Shown: positions 1 through 12,510 of the stretch, piece by piece | How positions within the stretch are numbered: position 1 is the first letter of the stretch | Layout of the letters: every line of letters starts with the position of its first letter | Assembly (NCBI GenBank): GCA_051530055.1 | Contig: JBMGUZ010000040.1 | Coordinates: 1 to 24,654 of the forward strand | Origin: Neoechinorhynchus agilis | Taxonomy: Eukaryota; Animalia; Acanthocephala | Direction of reading: 5' to 3' | DNA length: 24,654 bases | Notes under the pieces: generated by a model | The model's input: only the letters and a program-made list of their open reading frames with translations | The model's database searches: none | What the model was told of the DNA's origin: nothing | Program-made: the position numbers and the translations under genes

Positions 1-117
1 GATCGAAATTTCTGATGACGTCATCGAGATTTTGGATGACGTCATCCAAATTTTTTATGACGTCATGGAAATTTTTATGACGTCATCGAGATTTTTAATG
101 ACGTAATCGAGATTTTT

Positions 118-129
118 GATGACGTCATC
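118..129. promoter_or_regulatory. Representative 12-bp palindrome GATGACGTCATC (CRE / ATF-CREB-type bZIP site motif), present in most monomers of the window
   Basis: TGACGTCA is the canonical CRE. The motif match is certain, but function as a binding site is not shown by the sequence. Confidence 0.4.
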
Positions 130-989
130 GAGATTTTTGATGACGTCATCGAGATTTTTTATGACGTCATGGAAATTTTTTTGACGTCATCGAAATTTTT
201 AATGACGTCATCGAGATTTTTGATGACGTCATCGAGATTTTTGATGACGTCATCGAGATTTTGGATGACGTCATCGAAACTTTTGATGACGTCATCGAGA
301 TTTTGGATGACGTCATCGAGATTTTTGATGACGTCATCGAGATTTTGGATGACGTCATCGAGATTTTTGATGACGTCATCGAGATTTTGGATGACGTCAT
401 CCAAATTTTTGATGACGTCATCAAGATTTTTATGACGTCATCGAGATTTTTGATGACGTCATCGAGATTTTTGATGACGTCATCGAAATTTTGATGACGT
501 CATCGAGATTTTTGATGACGTCATCGAAATTTTTGATGACGTCATCGAGATTTTTGATGACGTATCCAAATTTTTGATGACGTCATCGAGATTTTTGATG
601 ACGTCATCGAGATTTTTATGACGTCATCGAGATTTTTGATGACGTCATCTAGATTTTTGATGACGTCATCGAGATTTTTGATGACGTCATCGAGATTTTT
701 GATGACGTCATCGAGATTTTTGATGACATCATCGAGATTTTTATGACGTCATCGAGATTTTTGATGACGTCATCGAGATTTTTATGACGTCATCTAGATT
801 TTTTATGACGTCATCGAGATTTTTGATAACGTCATCGAGATTTTTGATGACGTCATCGAGATTTTTGGTGACGTCATCGAGATTTTTAATGACGTCATGG
901 AAATTTTTGATGACGTCATCGAAATTTTTGATGACGTCATCGAGATTTTTATGACGTCATGGATATTTTTGATGACGTCATCGAAATTT

Positions 990-2490
990 TTGATGACGTA
1001 ATCCCAATTTTTGATGACGTCATCGAGATTTTTATGACATCATCGAAATTTTAGATGACGTCATCGAGATTTTCGATGACGTCATCGAGATTTTTGATGA
1101 CGTAATCTATATTTTTTATGACGTCATCGAAATTTTTTGATGACGTCATCGAGATTTTTGATGACGTCATCGAGATTTTTGATGACGTCATCGAAATTTT
1201 TGATGACGTCATCGAGATTTTTGATGACGTCATCGAGATTTTTGATTACGTAATCCAAATTTTTGATTACGTCATCGAGATTTTTGATGACGTCATCGAG
1301 ATTTTTGATGACGTCATCGAGATTTTTTTGATGACGTCATCTAGATTTTTGACTACGTCATCGAGATTTTTGAGTACGTCATCGAAATTTTGTATGACGT
1401 CATCGAGATTTTTATGACGTCATCGATATTTTTGATGACGTCATGGAAATTTTTTTGACGTCATCGAGATTTTTGATGACGTCATCGAGATTTTTGATGA
1501 CGTCATCGAGATGACGTCATCGAGATTTTTGATGACGTCATCGAAATTTTTGATGACGTCATCGAGATTTTTGATGACGTCATCGAGATTTTGATGACGT
1601 CATCGAATTTTGATGACGTCATCGAGATTTTGATGACGTCATCGAGATTTTTGATGACGTCATCGAAATTTTTGATGACGTCATCAAGATTTTTATGACG
1701 TCATCGAGATTTTTGATGACGTCATCGAAATGACGTCATCGAAATTTTGATGACGTCATCGAATTTTTGATGACGTCATCGAAATTTTTGATGACGTCAT
1801 CGGGATTTTGATGACGTAATCCAAATTTTTGATGACGTCATCGAGATTTTTGATGACGTCATCGAGATTTTTTATGACGTCATCGAGATTTTTGATGACG
1901 TCATCGATTTTTGATGACGTCATCAGATTTTTGATGACGTCATCGAGATTTTTGATGACGTCATCGAGATTTTTGATGACGTCATCGAAATTTTTGATGA
2001 CGTCATCGAGATTTTTATGACGTCATCGATATTTTTGATGACGTCATCGAAATTTTTGATGACGTAATCCCAATTTTTGATGACGTCATCGAGATTTTTT
2101 ATGACATCATCGAAATTTTAGATGACGTCATCGAGATTTTCGATGACGTCATCGAGATTTTTGATGACGTAATCTATATTTTTTATGACGTCATCGAAAT
2201 TTTTTGATGACGTCATCGAGATTTTTGATGACGTCATCGAAATTTTTGATGACGTCATCGAAATTTTTGATGACGTCATCGAAATTTTTGATGACGTCAT
2301 CGAGATTTTTGATGACGTCATCGGGATTTTTGATTACGTAATCCAAATTTTTGATTACGTCATCGAGATTTTTGATGACGTCATCGAGATTTTTGATGAC
2401 GTCATCGAGATTTTTTTGATGACGTCATCTAGATTTTTGACTACGTCATCGAGATTTTTGAGTACGTCATCGAAATTTTATGACGTCATC
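990..2490 (+). repeat. Local duplication at offset about 1,067 bp (about 990-1420 vs 2057-2490)
   Basis: GTAATCCCAATT at 998/2064 and GTAATCTATATT at 1102/2169; near-identical ORFs 1118-1417 and 2185-2562. Confidence 0.8.
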
Positions 2491-2719
2491 GAGATTTTTA
2501 TGACGTCATCGAAATTTTTGATGACGTCATGGAAATTTTTGATGACGTCATCGGATTTTTGATACGTATCAAATTTTTGATACGTCATCGAGATTTTTGA
2601 TGACGTCATCGAGATTTTTGATGACGTCATCGAGATTTTTGATGACGTCATCGAGATTTTTGATTACGTCATCGAGATTTTTGATTACGTCATCGAAATT
2701 TTTTATGACGTCATCGAGA

Positions 2720-4684
2720 TTTTATGACGTCATCGATATTTTTGATGACGTCATGGAAATTTTTGATGACGTCATCCCAATTTTGATGACGTCATCGAGA
2801 TTTTTTATGACGTCATCGAAATTTTTGATGACGTCATCGAGATTTTTGATGACGTGATCGAAATTTCTGATGACGTCATCGAGATTTTGGATGACGTCAT
2901 CGAAATTTTTGACGACGTCATCGAGATTTTTCATGACGTCATCGGGATTTTTGGTTACGTAATCCAAATTTTTGATTACGTCATCGAGATTTTTGATGAC
3001 GTCATCGAGATTTTTGATGACGTCATCGAGATTTTTTTGATGACGTCATCCTGATTTTTGACTACGTCATCGAGATTTTTGAGTACGTCATCGAGATTTT
3101 TATGACGTCATCGATATTTTTGATGACGTCATGGAAATTTTTGATGACGTCATCGAGATTTTTGATGACGTCATCGAAATTTTTGATGACGTCATCGAGA
3201 TTTTTGATGACGTCATCGAAATTTCTGATGACGTCATCGAGATTTTTGATGACGTCATCCAAATTTTTTCTGACGTCATCAAGATTTTTTATGACGTCAT
3301 CGAGATTTTTGATGACGTCATCTAGATTTTTGATGACGTCATCGGGATTTTTGATGACGTGATCGAAATTTTTGATGACGTCATCGAGATTTTTGATGAC
3401 GTCATGGAGATTTTGGATGACGTCATCGAGATTTTTGATGACGTCATCCAAATTTTTTTGACGTCATCAAGATTTGATGACGTCATCGAGATTTTTCATG
3501 ACGTCATCGAAATTTTTGATGGCGTCATCGAGATTTTTGATTACGTCATCGAGATTTTTGATGACGTCATCTAGATTTTTGATGACGTCATCAAGATTTT
3601 GGATGACGTCATCGAGATTTTTGATGACGTCATCGAGATTTTTGATGACGTCATCCAAATTTTTGATGACGTGATCAAGATTTTTGATGACGTCATCGAG
3701 ATTTTTATGACGTCATCGAGATTTTTGATGACGTCATCGAGATTTTTGATGACGTCATCGAGATTTTTGATGACGTCATCGAGATTTTTGATGACGTCAT
3801 CGAGATTTTTGATGACGTCATCGAGATTTTTGATGACGTCATCGAGATTTTTGATGACGTCATCGAAATTTTTGATGACGTCATCGAGATTTTTGATGAC
3901 GTCATCGAAATTTTTGATGACGTCATCGAGATTTTTGATGACGTCATCGAGATTTTTGATGACGTCATCGAGATTTTTGATGACGTCATCGAAATTTTTT
4001 GATGACGTCATCGAGATTTTTGATGACGTCATCGAAATTTTGATGACGTCATCGAGATGATGACGTCATCGAATTTTTGATGACGTCATCGAGATTTTTG
4101 ATGACGTCATCGAATTTTTGATGACGTAATCCAAATTTTTGATTACGTCATCGAGATTTTTGAATGACGTCATCGAGATTTTGATGACGTCATCGAGATT
4201 TTTGATGACGTCATCGAGATTTTTGAGTACGTCATCGAAATTTTGTATGACGTCATCGAGATTTTTATGACGTCATCGATATTTTTGATGACGTCATGGA
4301 AATTTTTGATGACGTCATCCCAATTTTTGATGACGTCATCGAGATTTTTTATGACATCATCGAAATTTTTGATGACGTCATCGAGATTTTTGATGACGTG
4401 ATCGAAATTTCTGATGACGTCATCGAGATTTTTGATGACGTCATCGAAATTTTTGACGACGTCATCGAGATTTTTCATGACGTCATCGGGATTTTTGGTT
4501 ACGTAATCCAAATTTTTGATTACGTCATCGAGATTTTTGATGACGTCATCGAGATTTTTGATGACGTCATCGAGATTTTTTTGATGACGTCATCTAGATT
4601 TTTGACTACGTCATCGAGATTTTTGAGTACGTCATCGAGATTTTTATGACGTCATCGATATTTTTGATGACGTCATGGAAATTT
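2720..4684 (+). repeat. Local duplication at offset about 1,544 bp (about 2720-3140 vs 4264-4684)
   Basis: GACGAC at 2911/4455, GACTAC at 3060/4604 and GAGTAC at 3081/4625. Confidence 0.8.
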
Positions 4685-5839
4685 TTGATGACGTCATCCC
4701 AATTTTTGATGACGTCATCGAGATTTTTGATGACATCATCGAAATTTTTGATGACGTCATCGAGAATTTTGATGACGTGATCGAAATTTCTGATGACGTC
4801 ATCGAGATTTTTGATGACGTCATCGAGATTTTTGATGACGTCATCCAAATTTTTTCTGACGTCATCAAGATTTTTGATGACGTCATCGAAATTTTTATGA
4901 CGTCATCGAGATTTTTGATGACGTCATCTAGATTTTTGATGACGTCATCGGGATTTTTGATGACGTCATCGAAATTTTTGATGACGTCATCGAGATTTTT
5001 GATGACGTCATCGAGATTTTTGATGACGTCATCGAGATTTTTGATGACGTCATCGAAATTTTTGATGACGTCATCAAGATTTGATGACGTCATCGAGATT
5101 TTTGATGACGTCATCGAAATTTTTGATGACGTCATCGAGATTTTTGATTACGTCATCGAGATTTTTGATGACGTCATCTAGATTTTTGATGACGTCATCG
5201 AGATTTTTGATGACGTCATCGAAATTTTTGATGACGTCATCGAGATTTTTGATGACGTCATCGAAATTTTTGATGACGTGATCAAGATTTTTGATGACGT
5301 CATCGAGATTTTTATGACGTCATCGAGATTTTTGATGACGTCATCGAGATTTTTGATGACGTCATCGAGATTTTTGATGACGTCATCGAGATTTTTGATG
5401 ATGTCGAGATTTTTGATGATGTCATCGAGATTTTTGATGGCGTCATCGAGATTTTTGATGACGTCATCGAGATTTTTATGACGTCATCGATATTTTTGAT
5501 GACGTCATCGAAATTTTTGATGACGTCATCGAAATTTTTGATGACGTCATCGAGATTTTTGATGACATCATCGAAATTTTTGATGACGTCATCGAGATTT
5601 TTGATGACGTCATCGAGATTTTTGATGACGTAATCTATATTTTTGATGACGTCATCGAAATTTTTTGATGACGTCATCGAGATTTTTGATGACGCCATCG
5701 AAATTTTTGATGATGTCATCGAGATTTTTGATGACGTCATCATAATTTTTGATGACGTCATCGAGATTTTTGATGACGTCATCGGAATTTTTGATGACGT
5801 CATCCAAATTTTGATGACGTCATCGAGATTTTATATGAC

Positions 5840-7715
5840 GTCATCGAGATTTTTGAGGAAGTCATCTAGATTTTTGATGACGTCATCAGAATTTTTGATG
5901 ACGTGATCGAAATTTGTGATTACGTCATCGAGATTTTTGATGACGTCATGGAGATTTTGGATGACGTCATCGAGATTTTTGATGACGTCATCCAAATTTT
6001 TGATGACGTCATCAAGATTTGATGACGTTATCGAGATTTTTCATGACGTCATCGAAATTTTTGATGACGTCATCGAGATTTTTGATGACGTCATCGAGAT
6101 TTTTGATGACGTCATCGAGATTTTTGATGACGTCATCGAGATTTTTGATGACGTCATCGAGATTTTTGATGACGTCATCAAAATTTTTGATGACGTCATC
6201 AAGATTTTTGATGACGTCATCGAGATTTTTATGACGTCATCGAGATTTTTGATGACGTCATCGAGAATTTGATGACGTCATCGAAATTTTTGATGACGTC
6301 ATCGAGATTTTTGATGACGTCATCGAAATTTTTGATGACGTCATCGCGATTTTTGATGACGTCATCGGGATTTTTGATTACGTAATCCAAATTTTTGATG
6401 ACGTCATCGAGATTTTTGATGACGTCATCGAAATTTTTGATGACGTCATCGAGATTTTTTGATGACGTTATCGAGATTTTTTTGATGACGTCATCTAGAT
6501 TTTTGATGACGTCATCGAGATTTTTGATGACATCATCGAGATTTTTGATGACGTCATCGAGATTTTTTATGACCTCATCGAGATTTTTGATGACGTCAAC
6601 GAGATTTCTGATGACGTCATCGAGATTTTTTTGATGACGTCATCTAGATTTTGATGACGTCATCGAGATTTTTGATGACGTCATCGGGATTTTTGAATAC
6701 GTCATCAAGTTTTTTTTGATGACGTCATCTAGATTTTGATGACGTCATCGAGATTTTTTATGACGTCATCTAGATTTTGATGACGTCATCGAGATTTTTG
6801 ATGACGTCATCGAGATTTTTTTTGATGACGTCGTCTAGATTTTGATGACGTCATCGAGATTTTTGATGAAGTCATCGAGATTTTTTATGACGTCATCAAG
6901 ATTTTTGATGACGTCATCGAGATTTTTGATGACGTCATCGAGATTTTTTATGACGTCATGGAAATTTTTATGACGTCATCGAGATTTTTGATGACGTGAT
7001 CGAAATTTGTGATGACGTCATCGAAATTTTTGATGACGCCATCGAAATTTTTGATGACGGCATCGAGATTTTCTATGACGTCATGGAGATTTTAATGACG
7101 TCATCGAAATTTTTGATGACGTCATCGAGATTTTTGATGACGCCATCGAAATTTTTGATGATGTCATCGAGATTTTTGGTGACGTCATCGAAATTTTTGA
7201 TGACGTCATCGAGATTTTTGATTACGTGATAGAAATTTTTGATGACGTCATCGAGATTTTTGATGACGTCATCAAAATATCTTATGACGTCATCGAAATT
7301 TTTGATGACGTCATCGAGATTTTTGATGACGTCATCGGGATTTTTGGTTACGTAATCCAAATTTTTGATTACGTCATCGAGATTTTTGATGACGTCATCG
7401 AGATTTTTGATGACGTCATCGAGATTTTTTTGATGACGTCATCTGGATTTTTGACTACGTCATCGAGATTTTTGAGTACGTCATCGAAATTTTTTATGAC
7501 GTCATCGAGATTTTTAATACGTCATCGATATTTTTGATGACGTCATGGAAATTTTTGATGACGTCATCCCAATTTTTGATGAAGTCATCGAGATTTTTGA
7601 TGACATCATCGAAATTTTTGATGACGTCATCGAGATTTTTGATGACGTGATCGAAATTTCTGATGACGTCATCGAGATAATTGATGACGTCATCCAAATT
7701 TTTTCTGACGTCATC
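5840..7715 (+). repeat. Segmental duplication copy 1 (partner about 16946-18821, offset 11,106 bp)
   Basis: Identical translated ORFs 6996-7229/18102-18335, 7073-7360/18179-18466 and 7226-7537/18332-18643. Rare markers GTCAACGAGATTTCTG (6595/17701) and GAATACGTCATCAAG-T8 (6695/17801) sit at the same offset. Confidence 0.9.
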
Positions 7716-9021
7716 AAGGTTTTTGATGACGTCATCTAGATTTTTGATGACGTCATCGGGATTTTTGATGACGTGATCGAAATTTGTGATGACGTCATCG
7801 AGATTTTTGATGACGTCATGGAGATTTTGCATGACGTCATCGAGATTTTTGATGACGTCATCAAGATTTGATGACGTCATCGAGATTTTTCATGACGTCA
7901 TCGAAATTTTTGATGGCGTCATCGAGATTTTTGATCACGTCATCGAGATTTTTTATGACGTCATCTAGATTTTTGATGACGTCATCGAAATTTTTGATGA
8001 CGTCATCGCAACTTTTGATACGTCATCGACGTCATCGAGATTTTTGATGACGTCATCGAGATTTTGGATGACGTCATCGAAACTTTTGATGACGTCATCG
8101 AAATTTTTGATCACGCTATCGAAATTTTTGATTACGTCATCGAGATTTTTGATGACGTCATCGAGATTTTTGATGACGTCATCGAGATTTTTTTGATGAC
8201 GCCATCTAGATTTTTGACTACGTCATCGAGATTTTTGAGTACGTCATCGAAATTTTAGATGACGTCATCGAGATTTTTATGACGTCATCGAGATTTTTGA
8301 TGACGTCATAGAGAATTTGAATACGCCATCAAAATATTTGATGACGTCATCGAAATTTTTGATGACGTCATCGAGATTTTTGATGACGTCATCGAAATTT
8401 TTGATGACGTCATCGAGATTTTTGATGACGTCATCGAGATTTTTGATGACGTCATCGAGATTTTTTTGATGACGTCATCTAGATTTTTGACTACGTCATC
8501 GAGATTTTTGAGTACGTCATCGAAATTTTGTATGACGTCATCGAGATTTTTATGACGTCATCGATATTTTTGATGACGTCATGGAAATTTTTGATGACGT
8601 CATCCCAATTTTTGATGACGTCATCAAATTTTTTGACGTCATCAATTTTTATGACGTCATAATTTTTATGACGCATCGAGATTTTTTATGACATCATCGA
8701 AATTTTTGATGACGTCATCGAGATTTTTGATGACGTGATCGAAATTTCTGATGACGTCATCGAGATTTTGGATGACGTCATCGAGATTTTTGATGACGTC
8801 ATCCAAATTTTTTCTGACGTCATCAAGATTTTTTATGACGTCATGGAAATTTTTATGACGACATCGAGATTTTTGATGACGTCATCTAGATTTTTGATGA
8901 CGTCATCGGGATTTTTGATGACGTCATCGGGATTTTTGATGACGTGATCGAAATTTGTGATGACGTCATCGAGATTTTTGATGACGTCATGGAGATTTTG
9001 GATGACGTCATCGAGATTTTT

Positions 9022-11050
9022 GATGACGTCATCGCCATTTTTGATGACGTCATCGCCATGACGTCATCGTGAATTTTGATGACGTCATCGCCATGACGTC
9101 ATCGTGATTTTTGATGACGTCATCGCCATTTTTTATGACGTCATCGCCATGACGTCATCGTGATTTTTGATGACGTCATCGCCATTTTTGATGACGTCAT
9201 CGCCATTACGTCATCGTGATTTTTGATGACGTCATCGCCATGACGTCATCGTGATTTTTGATGACGTCATCGCCATTTTATATGACGTCATCGCCATGAC
9301 GTCATCGTGATTTTTTATGACGTCATCGCCATTTTTGATGACGTCATCGTGATTTTTGATGACGTCATCGCCATTTTTGATGACGTCATCGCCATGACGT
9401 CATCGTGATTTTTGATGACGTCATCGCCATTTTTGATGACGTCATCCCCATGACGCCATCGCGATTTTTGATGACGTCATCGCCATGACGTCATCGAGAT
9501 TTTTGATGACGTCATCGCCATTTTTGATTACGTCATCGCCATTTTTGATGACGTCATCGCGATTTTTGATTACGTCATCGCCATTTTTGATGACGTCATC
9601 GCCATGACGTCATCGTGATTTTTGATGACGTCATCGCCATTTTTGATGACGTCATCGCCATGACGTCATCGTGATTTTTGATGACGTCATCGCCATTTTT
9701 GATGACGTCATCGCCATGACGTCATCGTGATTTTTGATGACGTCATCGCCATTTTTGATGACGTCATCGCCATTTTTGATGACGTCATCGCCATGACGTC
9801 ATCGTGATTTTTGATGACGTCATCGCCATTTTTGATGACGTCATCGCCATGACGCCATCGCGATTTTTGATGACGTCATCGCCATGACGTCATCGTGATT
9901 TTTGATGACGTCATCGCCATTTTTGATGACGTCATCGCCATGACGTCATCGTGATTTTTTATGACGTCATCGCCATTTTTGATGACGTCATCGCCATGAC
10001 GTCATCGCGATTTTTGATGACGTCATCGCGATTTTTGATGACGTCATCGCCATTTTTGATGACGTCATCGCCATGACGTCATCGTGATTTTTGATGACGT
10101 CATCGCCATTTTTGATGACGTCATCGCCATGACGTCATCGTGATTTTTGATGACGTCATCGCCATTTTTGATGACGTCATCGCCATGACGTCATCGTGAT
10201 TTTTGATGACGTCATCGCCATGACGTCATCGTGATTTTTGATGACGTCATCGCCATTTTTGATGACGTCATCGCCATGACGTCATCGTGATTTTTGATGA
10301 CGTCATCGCCATGACGTCATCGTGATTTTTGATGACGTCATCGCCATTTTTGATGACGTCATCGCCATGACGTCATCGTGATTTTTGATGACGTCATCGC
10401 CATTTTTGATGACGTCATCGCCATGACGTCATCGTGATTTTTGAATACGTCATCGCCATGACGTCATCGTGATTTTTGATGACGTCATCGCCATTTTTGA
10501 TGACGTCATCGCCATGACGTCATCGTGATTTTTGATGACGTCATCGCCATTTTTGATGACGTCATCGCCATGACGTCATCGTGATTTTTGATGACGTCAT
10601 CGCCATTTTTGATGACGTCATCGCCATGACGTCATCGTGATTTTTGATGACGTCATCGCCATTTTTGATGACGTCATCGCCATGACGTCATCGTGATTTT
10701 TGATGACGTCATCGCCATTTTTGATGACGTCATCGCCATGACGTCATCGTGATTTTTGATGACGTCATCGCCATTTTTGATGACGTCATCGCCATGACGT
10801 CATCGTGATTTTTGATGACGTCATCGCCATTTTTGATGACGTCATCGCCATGACGTCATCGTGATTTTTGATGACGTCATCGCCATTTTTGATGACGTCA
10901 TCGCCATTTTTGAACGTCATCGTGATTTTTGATGACGTCATCGCCATTTTTGATGACGTCATCGCCATATACGTCATCGTTATTTTTGATGACGTCATCG
11001 CCATTTTTGATGACGTCATCCCATTTTTGATGAAGTCATCGCGATTTTTG
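9022..11050 (+). repeat. Type-B block 1: 56-bp higher-order repeat (21+21+14 bp) ATGACGTCATCGTGATTTTTG-ATGACGTCATCGCCATTTTTG-ATGACGTCATCGCC
   Basis: GCC/GTG spacers run from 9034 to about 11002. The 56-bp period has occasional 35-bp and 77-bp variants, and both edges are more degenerate. Confidence 0.95.
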
Positions 11051-12510
11051 ATGACGTCATCGAAATTTTTGATGACGTCATCGAGATTTTTGATGACGTC
11101 ATCGAAATTTTTGATGACGTCATCGACATTTTTGATGACGTCATCCAAATTTTTTATGACGTCATCAAGCTTTGACGTCATGGAAATTTTTATGACGTCA
11201 TCGAGATTTTTGATGACGTCATCTAGATTTTTGATGACGTCATCGGGATTTTTGATGACGTCATCGAAATTTGTGATGACGTCATCGAGATTTTTGATGA
11301 CGTCATCGAGATTTTGCATGACGTCATCGAGATTTTTGATGACGTCATCCAAATTTTTGATGACGTCATCAAGATTTGATGACGTCATCGAGATTTTTCA
11401 TGACGTCATCGAAATTTTTGATGACGTCATCGCCATTTTTGATACGTCATCGAGATTTTTGATGACGTCATCTAGATTTTTGATGACGTCATCGAAATTT
11501 TTGATGACGTCATCGCAACTTTTGATCACGTCATCGAGATTTTTGATGACGTCATCGAGATTTTGGATGACGTCATCGAAACTTTTGATGACGTCATCGA
11601 AATTTTTGATCACGCTATCGAAATTTTTGATTACGTCATCGAGATTTTATATGACGTCATCGAGATTTTTGATGACGTCATCGAGATTTTTTTGATGACG
11701 CCATCTAGATTTTTGACTACGTCATCGAGATTTTTGAGTACGTCATCGAAATTTTAGATGACGTCATCGAGATTTTTATGACGTCATCGAGATTTTTGAT
11801 GACGTCATAGAGAATTTGAATACGCCATCAAAATATTTGATGACGTCATCGAAATTTTTGATGACGTCATCAAAATATCTTATGACGTCATCGAAATTTT
11901 TGATGACGTCATCGAGATTTTTGATGACGTCATCGGGATTTTTTATTACGTAATCCAAATTTTTGATTACGTCATCGAGATTTTTGATGACGTCATCGAG
12001 ATTTTTTTGATGACGTCATCTAGATTTTTGACTACGTCATCGAGATTTTTGAGTACGTCATCGAAATTTTGTATGACGTCATCGAGATTTTTATGACGTC
12101 ATCGATATTTTTGATGACGTCATGGAAATTTTTGATGACGTCATCCCAATTTTTGATGACGTCATCGAGATTTTTTATGACATCATCGAAATTTTTGATG
12201 ACGTCATCGAGATTTTATATGACGTGATCGAAATTTCTGATGACGTCATCGAGATTTTGGATGACGTCATCGAGATTTTTGATGACGTCATCCAAATTTT
12301 TTCTGACGTCACCAAGATTTTTTATGACGTCATGGAAATTTTTATGACGACATCGAGATTTTTGATGACGTCATCTAGATTTTTGATGACGTCATCTGGA
12401 TTTTTGATGACGTCATCGGGATTTTTGATGACGTGATCGAAATTTGTGATGACGTCATCGAGATTTTTGATGACGTCATGGAGATTTTGGATGACGTCAT
12501 CGAGATTTTT
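11051..12510 (+). repeat. Type-A block 2 (about 1.46 kb), largely a copy of the distal end of type-A block 1
   Basis: GAG/GAA spacers. Shares rare markers with 7740-9021, e.g. CACGCTATC at 8112/11611 and GAGAATTTGAATACGCCATCAAAATATTTG at 8311/11810. Confidence 0.93.

Larger units (their letters stand above)
1..9021 (+). repeat. Type-A block 1: 21-bp monomer GATGACGTCATCGA(G/A)ATTTTT with many point variants and T-tract length variants
   Basis: Direct reading: spacers GAGATTTTT/GAAATTTTT dominate. Variants TCTAGA, CCAAA, CCCAA, CGGGA, GACTAC, GAGTAC and GTAATC recur. The first GCC spacer appears only at 9034. Confidence 0.95.

Noticed and set aside
10786-11695. Longest ORFs 10868-11695 (+, 275 aa) and 10786-11388 (-, 200 aa)
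   Set aside because: They cross the degenerate B1/A2 junction and are chance concatenations of repeat frames.
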